From the human T2T-CHM13v2.0 reference genome, Homo sapiens: 64,000 bases of DNA. The first letter of the stretch is position 1, and each line of letters begins with the position of its first letter. The stretch lies in NCBI RefSeq assembly GCF_009914755.1, contig NC_060932.1; one strand, given 5' to 3'. Both the position numbers and the translations under genes were made by a program. The notes below the pieces were generated by a model. The model was not told the origin of the DNA. It did no database searches and was given only the letters and a program-made list of their open reading frames with translations. Below are positions 15,180 through 29,029 of the stretch, piece by piece.

Positions 15180-15617
15180 TGTGATGGTTAATACTGAGTG
15201 TCAACTTGACTGGATTGAAGAATACAAAGTATTGATGCCAGGTGTGTCTGTGAGAGTGTGGCCAAAGGGGATTAACATTTGAGTCTCTGGTCTGGGAAAG
15301 ACAGACCCACCCTTAATATGGGTGGGCACAATCTAATCAGCTGCCAGTGTGGCTAGAATGTAAGCAGGCATTAAAGTGTGAAAAGAGAGACTGGTCTAGC
15401 CTCCCAGCCTACATCTTTCTCCCATACTGGATGCTTCCTGCCCTTGAACATTGGACTCCAAGTTCTTCAGTTTTGCGACTCGGACTGGCTCTCCTTGCTC
15501 CTCAGCCTGCAAACGGCCTGTTGTGGGACTTTGTAATCATGTGAGTTAATATTTAATAGACTTCCCTTTATACATACCTATTCCATTAGTTCTGCCCCTC
15601 TAGAGAACCCTAATATG
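15180..15617 (+). mobile_element. MLT2A1 solo LTR (HERV-L)
   Basis: Starts tgtgatggttaatactgagtgtcaacttga and ends ttagttctgcccctctagagaaccctaata. Confidence 0.92.
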
Positions 15618-15768
15618 TTAACTGTGCCTAAAAATACGAGAATCATGTCCCACCAAGAAGAGCATAGCAATAAAGAGATAGAAATTATATATATTAATAA
15701 AAACAAAATATAAATTCTGGAGTTGAAAAGGATAATAACAGAAATTTTTAAAAATCACTAGAAGGTCT

Positions 15769-16223
15769 TATTATGGATTAAACTATGCCCTCCACCAAAT
15801 TCATATGTTACAGTCCTTAACCCTGATATCTCAGAATACGACTTTCTTTGGAGACAGAGTCTTTACAAAGGTATCAAGTTAAACAAAGGTTATTCAGGTA
15901 AGCCTTAATCCAATAGGACTAATGTTTTTATAAAAAGTGGAAATGTAGAGACAGACACACACATAGACAACACATGGGAATATAAAAGCAGATATCAGGG
16001 TGGTATGTACATAAGCTAAGAAACACTCAAGATTGCTGATAAACCACTGGAAAAGAGAGGCATAGAACAGACTCTTTCTAACAGCCCTCAGAAAGAACTA
16101 ACCACTCTGCCAACATCTTGATTTCAGACTCTTGGTCTCCAGAATTGTGAGACAATAAATATTTGTTGTCTAAGCCACCCAGTTTATGGTACTTTGTAAT
16201 GGCAGTCCTAGGAAGCTCATACA
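15769..16223 (+). mobile_element. MLT1C solo LTR (MaLR)
   Basis: About 455 bp; aaattcatatgtt...aagccacccagtttatggtactttg...aca; imperfect 5-bp TSD ggtct/gggct. Confidence 0.88.
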
Positions 16224-18483
16224 GGGCTCAACAGCAGATCTGAGCAAGCCGAAGAAATATTCAGCTAACTTGAAGTTCAGCTGAAATTACCTAGTCTGAG
16301 AAACAATACGAAATAAAGAATAAAGAAAACATAAACAAGACTTTACAGTCCTGTGGGTCACCATCAAGCATACCAAAATATACACAATGGAGTTTAAAAA
16401 GGGAAGAACAGAAAGAAAAAGACGAAAAACAGTATTTCAAGAATTAATGGCCTCAAACTCCCTAAATTTAATAAGCAATCTTTATACATTAATGAAGCTC
16501 AATGAAATCTAAGGAGGATAAACTCGAAGATATCTACAAAAAGATAGAAAGTCATGCTGTCCAAAGGCAAAGATATAATCATACAATCAGCAAGAGAAAA
16601 GTGACTCGCCATATAAAAGAGATCCTCAATAAGATTTATAACTGACCATCCATCAGAAACTATAGAGGCTAAAAGGAATTGGGAAAATATACTCAAAGAA
16701 ACACTGGGAAATAATTGGGAAATATACTGAAAGAAAATGAATGTCAACTGACAGTTCTATATGCAGCAAAACTATGCTTCACAAATGGGAAAAATTAAGA
16801 TTCCCAAATAAATGAAAGCTTAGAGAGTTTGTTCCCATTAGAACTGTGCCACAAGAAATATGAAGGGAGTCATTTAGGCTAAAAGGAAAGGACATTGGAC
16901 AGTAACTCAAATTCACAAAAAGAAATAAAGAACACTGTTAAAGATGATTGCATATGTAAATATAAAAGTCAGTACAAATATATTTTGGTTTTTAATTCTT
17001 TTTTTCTCTTACATAATGTAATTGACAACTGCATGAAACAGTAATTATAAAATTGTGCTGATGAGCTTATAGTGTATAAAGATGTAATTTGACAATAATA
17101 ACAAAAAGGGTGGAAAGAATTGAGCTATATAGAGGCAGTTTTCATGTGTTTTTAAAATTAAGTTGTAATTTGAACTAGATTGTTTTGAATTAAGATATTA
17201 AGATATTAATTGTAATTCCCAGAAAAAGGATTAAAAAAACTTCAAAACTTCTTGTAAAGTAAGAGAATTATAATAGTTTACTAAAAGTATTTATTTAACA
17301 CAAAACATTAAGTACTTGAAGAATAGATGACAAAATAAGAAATATGTCATAGAAAAGAGCAACATAATAGATGGAAATCCTACTTTATTAGAAATTATAT
17401 TAAGTATAAATAGACCAAATACTCCAATCCAAAGACAGAGATTAGCAGAATGGATAAAAATCATGAACTCACCGTCTACTGTCTGTAAGAGATACACTTT
17501 AGATTCAAATAAGTTGGATGCAACTTTTTATTTGTTCAATAAAAAGTTTAATATCCAAATAAAAGGATGCAAAATTTTATTTAAAAAAAAGAGCTTGAGT
17601 GGCTACGACAGCAGAAAAAAAATAGACTGTTGGACAAAATTTGTTCCTTGAGGCAATGAAGGATATTTTTCATGATAAGTCAATTCACCAGAATGATATT
17701 AAAAATGATAAATACATATGCCCTCCAAAACAGAACTCTAAAATACAAGTAAAAACTAACAGGATTGGTGGTCAAAACAGACAATTAGAGAATAATTATT
17801 AGTAACTTTTAATAACCCACTTTTGGTAATGGAAAGAACCAGGCAGAAGATCAACAATGAAAAAGAAGACTTAACACTATAAATCAACTAGCGATAATGA
17901 CATCTATAAAACCCCACCAAAAAACAACAGAATATATATTCTTTTCAAAAGCACATGAAATATTTTGCAGGACAGAATATGTTATGCCATAAAGCAAGTC
18001 TCAGTGAATTTACAGTAATTGAAGTTATACAAAGAATGTTGTCTAAATACAATGGAATTAGAAATTAGTAACAAAAGAAAGTTTAGGAAATTCACCCATA
18101 TATGAAAATCTAAAACCAGAAGTCTACATAACTAGTGTATCAAAGAAAAAATCATAGATAAATTAAAAAATCATTTGAGACTAATAAAAACAAAAACAAA
18201 AACAGAACATACCAAAAGTAATGGGATCCAGCAAAACAATGCTTACAGAGAAATTTATAGGTTTAAATGCTTATATATTTTTTAAGAAGCTCAATTCAGT
18301 TACCTAACTTTTCCCTTAAAAAACCACAACAATAAAAGCAAACCAAACCTAAGCAAAAAGAAAGAAGGAAAAAAAACAGAAAAAAAGAAATGGAGAATGA
18401 AAAGACAAGGGAGTAAATCAACAAAATCGAAAGTTGGTTTTTTAAAAAGTTTAACAAAAATAAAAAACTTTATCTAGATTGAC

Positions 18484-18486
<3 letters not shown>

Positions 18487-18535
<49 letters not shown>
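18487..18535. repeat. (CA)24 microsatellite
   Basis: Pure AC run. Confidence 0.97.
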
Positions 18536-18539
<4 letters not shown>

Positions 18540-19457
18540 GAATTTAAATACCTTAAATACTAATATCAGAAACGAGAGGGGTTCATACTGACCTTACAGA
18601 AATAGAAAGATTATAGGAAAACACTATTAATAATTGCGTGCCAAATATTAGATAATCTAGATAATATGGACTAATTTCTGGAAAGACTCAAACTGCTCAA
18701 ACTGACTGAACAACAAACAAAAAATGGAATAAACCTAAAACAAAGTGAATTAGTAGTCCAAAAAACTTCTGCCAAAGAAAAGCTCACACCCTGATGGCTT
18801 CAGTGTAGAATTTTAACAAATGTTTGAAGAAGTATTAAGAACGGTTTGTCACAAACTTTTCCAGCACTGTCCTACTTATTTCGTGAGCATAGTATTTTTC
18901 TCATACCAAAAGCAGGCAAAGATATCACGTGAATATAGAGGCAAAAATCCTCAATAAAATACTAGCAAACAAACTCAGCAATCAATAAAAAGGATTATAT
19001 TCTACGACCAAGGGAGATTCATTCCAAGAATGAAAGTTAGTTGAATATATGAAAATCAATAATTGGAATACAGCTTATTAGCAGAATACAGGAAAAAAAC
19101 CTCACGTTATCACCTCAATAGACAAAAAAAAATTATTTGATAAAATACAACCAAAACACTCAACAAACCCTTCAAAAACACTCAATTCAGAATAGAAAAT
19201 TATTAAATCTGATAGGAGTTACCTAAACCAGATTCTTGAAATTCATTAAGAATTCTGAAATTCTGAAATCTGATAACCATATCAGATTCTGAAATTTGAT
19301 AAGGGCATCTGTGAAAAACTCACAGCTAACATCATACTTATTCTTAATGGTAAGACACTAAATGTTTTCTACTTTAGGTGAGCAATAAAATAAAGATGTC
19401 CTCTGTCACCACATATATTCAACATTGTATTGAAAGCTGTAGCCAAGACAATTAGGC

Positions 19458-19459
19458 AA

Positions 19460-19498
<39 letters not shown>

Positions 19499-19500
19499 AA
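19458..19500. repeat. (TAAA)n microsatellite, about 10 units
   Basis: Seen directly. Confidence 0.95.
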
Positions 19501-20131
19501 GTCATCCCAATTGAAAAGAAAGAAAACTATCTCTATTCAAAGATGAAATAGTCTTGTACATAGAAAAATTTAAAGAAATAGGAAAAAATCCAAACCAGAA
19601 TAAATGAAGTCAGCCAGGTCCCTGGATGTAACATCAATATGTAAAAATTAATTATATTTCTATACACATGAAATGAGCATTCCAAAAAAAGGAAAAAATC
19701 CTGAAATAAAATCATCAAAAAGTTATTACAAGTTAATAAAAGGATTGAAAAATTCATACACTAAATCTCCAAAGCTTTATTGAAAGAAATTAAGGAATAT
19801 CCATATTAACAGAAGACATTTTATATTTATGGAACGGAAGAGCTAATATTGTTAAGAAGTCAATACTTTCTAAACTGATGTACAGATTCAATGCAATGTT
19901 TGCCAATATTTTAGTTTTTGCAGAGACTGATACGCTTATCCTAAAATTCATACGGAAATTCAAAGGAGCCCATGCAATCTTTAAAAAGAAAAAAGCTGAT
20001 GGGCTATACTTCCCAGTTTCAAAATTTTCTATAAAGCTACAATAAAAAAAAAAATCAACCAAAGTGTGGTTGTACTCACACAAAGGTAAATATAGAGATC
20101 AGTGGAAAAGAATTAAGACTTCAGAAACAAA

Positions 20132-20529
20132 CTCCTTCCTTCCCCCCTTCTCCCTCCCCCTTCCCCCTTCCTACCCTTCCTACCCTTCCTTCCTTCCTTC
20201 CTCCCTCCCCACTCCCCTTCCCTTTCCCCCTCCCTCCCTGCCTCCCTCCTTCTCCTTCCTTCCTTCCCCTTCCTTTCCTCTCTTCCTCCCTTCCTTTCCT
20301 TTCCCTTCCCTTCCCTTCCTTCCTTTCCCTTCCTCTCTTCCTCCCTTCCTTTGTCCCTCACTCCCTCCCTCCCTCCCTTCTCTTCCCCCCAGCCTCCCTC
20401 CTTCTCCTTCCTACCTTCCTTTTCCTTCCTTTCCTCTCTTCCTCCCTTCCTTTCCTTTCTCCCTCTCTCCCTCTCTCCCTCCCTCCCTCCCTTCTTCCCT
20501 TCCCCTCCCTTCCTCCCTTCCTCCCTTCC
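20132..20529. repeat. About 400-bp CT-rich (polypyrimidine) low-complexity tract, an expanded Alu tail
   Basis: Nearly pure C/T; abuts the tail of the minus-strand Alu monomer. Confidence 0.93.
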
Positions 20530-20530
20530 A

Positions 20531-20672
20531 TTTTTGAGACAGGGTCTTGCTCTGTCACCTAGGCTGGAGTGCAGTGGTATGATTTCAGCCTCAGACTTCT
20601 GTGTTCAAGCGATCCTCTTACCTCAGCCTCCCAAAGTGCTGGGATTATAGGTGTGAGCCACCATGCTCCACC
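20531..20672 (-). mobile_element. Monomeric AluJ/FRAM-like element
   Basis: Right-arm 3' end joined to left-arm 5' end; flanking aactc repeat. Confidence 0.85.
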
Positions 20673-20881
20673 AACTCTTACATTTTCAGTTTTTATTTTG
20701 ACAAAGGCTCCAAAACAATTCAATGGGCAAAAGAATAGTCTTTTCAACAAGTGGTCTTGGGAAAACTGAATATCCACATGCTGAAAAATGAAAAATTTGA
20801 CTCCTATCTCATATTATATATAAAAATTAGCTCAAATGAATTATGAAGCTAAATATAAGACCTCGAAGTATAAAACTCTTA

Positions 20882-21247
<366 letters not shown>

Positions 21248-22199
21248 TTAGACAATGGCTTATTAGATATTACACCAAAGAAAAATAACAAAATAAAACA
21301 TAGACAATGAATTTTATCACTTTATGAAAAGTTTTTTTTAAAAAAAATGTGTGCTTCAATGGACATTAATTGAAAAGAAAACCCATAAAATGGGAGAAAA
21401 GAATTGCAAATCACATATTTGATAAGGGATTTGTATCCAGAATATATGAAGATCTCTTACAACTCAACAATAAAAACATCAATAACCCAGTTTAAAAATG
21501 GGCAAAGGATCTGAATAGACATTCCGCCAAGAAAGATATGTAAATAGAGAATAAGCACATGAAAAGATGGCCACATTAGTCATTAGGGAAATGCACACCG
21601 AAACTACAGTGAGTACCACTTCACACTCACTTGGTAACTAGAATAAGAAAGATAGGCAATAAAAAGCTGGTAAGGATTTGGAGAAACTGGATCCCTCAGA
21701 CATTGCTGCTGGGATTCCAAAATGTATCATTCCTTTGGAAACAGTTTTGCAGTTTCTCAAAATGTTAAATACAAGGTTGCTATATAACCCAGGAACTCCA
21801 CTTCAAGGTATATTTTTACCCAATTTCCTTGGGAATTGAGAACATCTCTTCACACAAAAACTTGTACATGAATGCTCGTAACATTATTCATAATAGCCAA
21901 TATTGGGAGTGAGTCAAACATCCATCAACCAATATTAGATAAACAAATGTGATATATTAATACAATGTTATGCAGCAACAAAACGGAATAAAGTGCTGAT
22001 ACTTGCTGCAGTAAGGGGGAACCTTGGGAAACATTAAGTGACGAAGCCAGACACAAAAGACTATATATTGTATGATCCCATTTATGCAAAATGTCAATTA
22101 AATAAAATATATAAAGACAGAAAATAGATTACCTATTGCCTGAGGATTGTATTTGAAGATAGAGGATTTAGCTCTTTGGTTGCAAATGTCTAGGTATAA

Positions 22200-22893
22200 T
22201 AAATGTTAGTGTATAGTCAATAAAGTATCTTTTTTCTGTTTTAACAATTTCTTTTTTGTACTTGTACATTTACTTTTCCAGGGGAAAATTTTTAAAAGCA
22301 TATCAAGATTCATCCCACCAAAAATTATCTCATTGAGATTTGTGCTAACATTACATTTTATTTTCAAATTCATATGAAGAACGTTAAAATATTGATGATA
22401 TTACATATTTTTATCCATCCATCCAAATGGAGGACATCTCTCCATTTAGTAAATGTTAAAACTGCATATCTCTATAGGAAAAAAAAACCAACCCGACTAT
22501 TATACTAAAAAAGAAGAAAAAAAGAGAAAGCAGCAAAGAGTCATTAAAAAACACCAACATTTAAAATACAGTTACAGAAATTGGACTTAACATTTCAGTA
22601 ATAACAATCCACATGAAAAGGCATGCTTATTAAATATTAAATAACAAAGGCTCTTAGACGTGATTGAAAAGTTCGCCTATGTATTATTTGAAGAAATACT
22701 CATGAAATAAGACTAAAAATAAAGGTATCTGTAAATACATAACAGAAAATCATACAGTAAACTAAGAATTGTTTGAATAATAATAGAAATAAAATAGATT
22801 TGGGGACCAAAAGCACTGTAAAAGAGGTATGTTAGTATTGGTAAAATCTGCTATAGACAATAAAGATAAAGCAGTCACAAATATTTATGTATT
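22200..22893. mobile_element. Highly diverged L1ME fragments (minus-strand ORF2 piece, then plus-strand EN piece)
   Basis: Weak resemblance to L1 ORF2 segments. Confidence 0.45.
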
Positions 22894-22901
22894 AAAAGAG
22901 A

Positions 22902-23152
<251 letters not shown>

Positions 23153-23296
23153 TCAAAACATATAAAACAAATAAGCATTTGCTCAGTAACTTCTTAGTCT
23201 CTGAAAATAAATGCAGCTGTATAAAATAGATAAAATTATTCATAAACCGATATTATAAAAATACATTGAATGTTCTATAGTATAAACAGGGCATAG

Positions 23297-24169
23297 TGAA
23301 TTCTTGTAATTTTATGTTGCTTCAGCATCCATGTTGAAGATAGTTTTAACTTGCTTATGCTAGAAGCAGGGCTTAGTCACTCTTGACTAAGCAGTTTGCA
23401 GTTCTTCCGTGTGGCAAACCATTTATCTGCCTTATACAATTACCTCCTGGTGACCACTTCTCTATGGAACAGCTAAAAACAACCTACTCGACCCACCCAA
23501 CTGATCTCCACCCGCCACCACCCCACATGGACTATGCAGCAGATATGATGTAGTGACCACCTGTCAGTCACAGCATGACTCTGGGGAACTCGTATCTGTT
23601 TGCTCCAAACTGGACCATTACACCGGCTTGGGTAACACCCTGGACCCCAGTGAAGGATTTGGCTCGCAAGCGTCTCTCTCTCTACCTTCCCATCAGCAGT
23701 TTGAGCACACATGTCCTGAATGGCTCCCAACTTACAGCTGGCCCTGCAAGGTAGGCCCTGACTACCTCTCTGAGATCTGTAAGTAATAAACTGTCTCTGC
23801 TATTTCAAATGTTTTGAGTCACTGCCTATGTGTCTCAGCCAACTGACACACCTGGACCTAAATTCTTTCCCAATGGGGGCTCTCCTAGAGAGTGGCTATA
23901 TTAGTGGGAATAAACTAAGTATAGGTCAGACAAGAGCCACAGGGACATCCACCAGAATCAACTAGTTTCCTGTGACAAGGATACCAGGTCACAGATCGGA
24001 CAGTTAGGTATTAGGCTGCCCACCAGGATAAAGTAGCATCCTGTGAAAGGGAGACTGTAAACATCTAGTACGAAACCCCTGGAACCCTGTAAAGGCAAGG
24101 CTCCAGCTTATAGCCACTCTCCAGGGAGAGAGAGACCTCAAGACCAAATTAGGAAAAAAAAAAAATACA
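23297..24169 (+). mobile_element. MER54 (ERVL) solo LTR
   Basis: ttttatgttgcttcagcatccat...agaagcagggcttagtcactcttgac at the 5' end; gagagacctcaagaccaaattag...aca at the 3' end; AATAAA at about 23785. Confidence 0.82.
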
Positions 24170-24541
24170 GCCTGGGGAATGTGCATTTTTTCCAAATGTT
24201 GGAAGAAGATTTCCTAGCAAAAATAAATACTCAGCCATTTAAACATTTTAAAATATTCTCCTAATAATGATACAAAGAAGAATTTAAAACTGCAATTACA
24301 GATTATTTAGAAATTGAGGCCAACCTAACAGTAGAAACCTAGAAACAGCTTGAATGGTCATCAGTTGTAGAACATATCAGTAAGTTATGGTACAAAGAAT
24401 AAATGTAAATTGTATGTTTTGTGTTACTGATTACTTTGAAGTTATTTGTTAAAATAAGGCGATATCTATGATGGATTGGAAAGCAAATGACATTATATAT
24501 TAATCAAAAAATTAATACAGAAAAATATATGCTTGATCTAA

Positions 24542-24905
<364 letters not shown>

Positions 24906-25174
24906 TATTCTTTCAAACAAAGGGTATCATGGATCAATACCCACCAAATCACTATAAATAGATACATTGAGGAGGGAGGAGAACTCATAAATTTTGTTAT
25001 GGAAATTTCTATATTGGTTGGACTGTTTTATTAAATATTGCTTTTGTGTTTCTAATTATTGAATGGAAAATAATTTCAAAGAGAAGGACTGAGGAGTGTG
25101 AGAATGCCTATCAAACTATATAGCCAAAGATTATTTCCTGGCTCTAAATGTTTTAAATTATTACATAAGAATAA

Positions 25175-25818
25175 ATGTGGGGAGAAATAGGAACGCTTTT
25201 ACACTGTTGGTGGCAGTGTAAATTAGTTCAACCATTGTGGAAGGCAGTGTGGCGATTCCTCAAGGATCTAGACCTAGACATACCATTTGACCCAGTCATC
25301 CCACTACTTGGTATATACCCAAAGGATTATAAATCATGCTACTATAAAGATACATGCACACGTATGTTTATTGCGGCACTATTCACAAAAGCAAAGACTT
25401 GGAGCCAACCCAAATGTCCATCAGTGATAGACTGGATTAAGAAAATGTGGCACATACACACCGTGGAATACTATGCAGCCAAAAAAAGGGTGAGTTCATG
25501 TCCTTTGCAGGGACATGGATGAAGCTGGAAACCATCATTCTAAGCAAACTATCACAAGGACAGAAAACCAAACGCCGCATGTTCTCACTCATAGGTGGGA
25601 GGTGAACAATGACAACAAATGGACACAGGGCAGGAAACATCACACAGCGGGGCCTGTCAGGGTTTGGGGGGCTGGGGGAAGGACAGCATTAGGAGAAATA
25701 CCTAATGTAAAGGAGCAGTTGATGGGTGCAGCAAACCAACATCACACATGTATACCTATGTAACAAACCTGCACGTTGTGCACATGTACCATAGAACTTA
25801 AAGTATAATAATAAAAAT
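25175..25818 (+). mobile_element. L1PA6/7 3' end
   Basis: ORF2 C-terminus (LLHCWWQCKLVQPLWK...) plus 3' UTR ending tagaacttaaagtataat; TSD aataaatg at 25170-25177 and 25819-25826. Confidence 0.95.
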
Positions 25819-25971
25819 AATAAATGACGTCAAATTAAGCCTTTGACTCAACAATCTAGAAAAAGAACAGAAAATATTTCTAAAGATAGCAAGATGCTGG
25901 AAGTAAAAACAGAAGCTAGATATAATTAGAAAAATATCATGTTATTATTTGTCTAGACTTTGGTGTTTTGC

Positions 25972-26345
<374 letters not shown>

Positions 26346-26837
26346 TGATGAATGGGAAATTTAGCAATCTTTCGTGTTTTCATTCCTTCTCAATTTCTTA
26401 GTTTTTATTTAAATAATCTGAGTTTTAAGATCCAGTTTATTATTAATGTTCACGCTATTTACTTTTTCTTTTAAGATTATTCTTGATACTTGCATTCAGT
26501 TCTATAAGCTATTATGGAAAATGTTATGACTTACATTGTAGTTTTTAGTGTGATTTAGTTCTTAAACTATTTTGTTTAAATCATATATTTCCTACTTTCA
26601 GTATCACTGATATTGACATATATTAACATTTCTTTTCAAGAAGAATAAATGAATAGTATATTTTTAAATCCTTGCAAGTCTAATAATGCTATTGTTTCCA
26701 CCCAATATTTTGACTGGCTGTTTCTGGCAATATGAATTCAAACTGAAAATTTGATTCATCATTGGGCAGATATACTAACATAGGAAATGCATCCCATACA
26801 TCAGTTTTGTTTTTCTTGGATACAACAGCTGAAGCGG

Positions 26838-26987
26838 TTTATGTTTAATTATTTCACATGCATACCATATGTGTTATATAATACAGCATATGGTCTGTAT
26901 GTGGAATAATTAAACATGTGTTTTATTAGAACACGTATGGTATGTATATGAAATAATTAAACATAAAGCCCTTAAGCTTTATGTTTA
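26838..26987. repeat. Compound inverted repeat (one arm plus two tandem complementary arms, plus a small hairpin)
   Basis: tttatgtttaattatttcacatgcataccatatgtgtt is complementary to both about 26885-26917 and about 26930-26967. Confidence 0.85.
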
Positions 26988-27639
26988 TCAATGTATGTAA
27001 CATAAATGTATTTGACATAAAATGCCATTTGATATACGCTGGCATTAGTGAATTTAATTCCTTAAGAGAAGGAAATATTTATGCTTTATTTATGTAAGAG
27101 GAAGAAATGTTTATATCTATTAATTAAACTGGTTTATAATAATATAGGTCATGAAATGTCTAGTTTAAATTTTTTATCAGCTAATAAAAGGAAGATAACA
27201 TTGAATAAATAAAATTACCATTTGATCATGCCTTTAATCATTACCGCACTATTTATTATACCATCCAGGTGCCTAGAACTGCTTAAAACACTGGAAATAT
27301 CATTCTTTCAATTATTGATATTTCTAAGATATGCCACCACTAATTCAAATGATCTTTCAGAGAAGGAAAAGAAAATCACAGTGTAATGGTACCACAATTT
27401 GCTCTAAGCTATCTATTTTGGGGTCATCTCTTAATGCAAATGTACGACGTTTGACTGACTATATGTTCAGAAATCTTTCATCCAGCATAATTTTTTTTTT
27501 GCAGTGACTACAACTGTAGTTCAAATTCAGAAAAAAATAAGTAGCAACTGTCTTTACTGGTTTACTTGTTTTAAGATCATTTGCCAACTATTTTCAGATT
27601 CTTTGCCTAGTATTTTAAAATTACCAGCCTTGTTATTCT

Positions 27640-28305
27640 ACAATAAACCAAGCACACATTGTGCTAGGTTCTATAGCATGTAAGATTAAGAAGACCATTT
27701 CTGTTTACAGAGCGCTTACAACTGAGATAAAGAAGACTGCTATTTATACACAAATAACTATATTTAAAGCTATGACTTTTAATAATCATAAAAGAAAAAA
27801 GTATGTCATAGTATTAAGAAAACAAAAATAATTTTATAATATTCTACTAAAACACTTCAATGGCCTCCCATAGGAAGAAATTACAACTACTTAGCTGACA
27901 ATAAATTTCTTTCACATATGTTCCTAACTTGCCATCCCCATCTCTTGCTCTAGTTTCCTATATTAATTATATACCTTAGTAAAACCAATCTTTTATTGAA
28001 CCCCAAGTACATTTTGTTTTTTTCTGCCTTTATGTTTTTGTCCCTCTTAAACTGTCTCTCTCAAAGGCCCAGTAAAAATCTTACTTCCCGCACTAATTCT
28101 CACCATTTACCTCTGAGAAGTGCTAGTAAAGCATATTTATTTCACAGTAAAATAGAATGATTAAATTTTGGCTTCTGTTTGCTGGTTATGTGTGCACACA
28201 CATACACAAATACACCCTCACACATGTGTAGTGTTTCCTATTCATTAGCATTTAGATTAGTGCTTTATAAAGAACAGGTTTAAGTACTTAATAAATATTT
28301 AATTT
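27640..28305. mobile_element. L2 fragments (minus, then plus)
   Basis: cattgtgctaggttct...gcgcttaca; aaaacacttcaatggcctcccat; gtacttaataaatattt. Confidence 0.45.
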
Positions 28306-29029
28306 CTTGATTGGCATATGTTTTCCTTGACAAGTTTTTCTGGATTTTTCTGATAAATTTATTTTAAAAAATAAATATTGTATTGCTATGTCCTTTCATC
28401 TTTCATTATTACCCACAGTTTATGATCCCAACCTGGCTGTGATGGAGAGTGTCTTCAGGCAAGCTCCATTAACTTCAACATTTCTATTTCTGTTCTTCAA
28501 TGACTCTTTTATTCCCTTTCTTTTCGCCAAAATGAAATCAGCTTACACTTCACATTTTTTATGATTATATTCATTTGCATTTGGCATTCGGTAGTCATTC
28601 CTTCTGACTCAGTTGGCACTTAAAAGATCTGCCTTCAATGTGAGAAGCCTGCCATGAGCCTACTTTACAAGTGAAAATGCTAACCATTTATTTCTTTTCA
28701 TGCATGTTTTCATTAGAACATTAATTTCTTTAATATATAGTACTTCATCGGGATAAAACCTAGCATTTGCTTTACCCATACATGAACAAGCCTCACTATT
28801 ATTCATCTACGGTAAAGAAGATTTGTTTGTTTTCATTGAAATTTTAGCTAATCGACTGTACACTTTCCTACAAATGGCTGCATTATTTTCACTTCATTAT
28901 TCCCACTCAATCTCCCACTCCCAAATGCTCCATCAAAATATATAGACCCATTCAACTATGTAGCTTTTTCGTTAATCATTCATGTGGGTGGTTGTGTATG
29001 TTTACTATAGCTCCCTTACAGAAAAGTTT

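Noticed and set aside
20064-20650. 157-aa and neighbouring P/S/F/L- or G/R/E/K-rich ORFs
   Set aside because: They are translations of the CT-rich tract, which cannot contain stop codons
25175-25522. 115-aa ORF (and 51483-51842) with real protein similarity
   Set aside because: L1 ORF2p C-terminal remnants in truncated elements, not host genes
25825-25832. Isolated CRE palindrome TGACGTCA
   Set aside because: A single 8-mer at an L1 insertion edge with no supporting context
28419-28458. Possible + exon YDPNLAVMESVF, phase-compatible with the 40674 candidate
   Set aside because: It needs a non-canonical GC donor (gcaagc) with a poor +6 match; too weak to include
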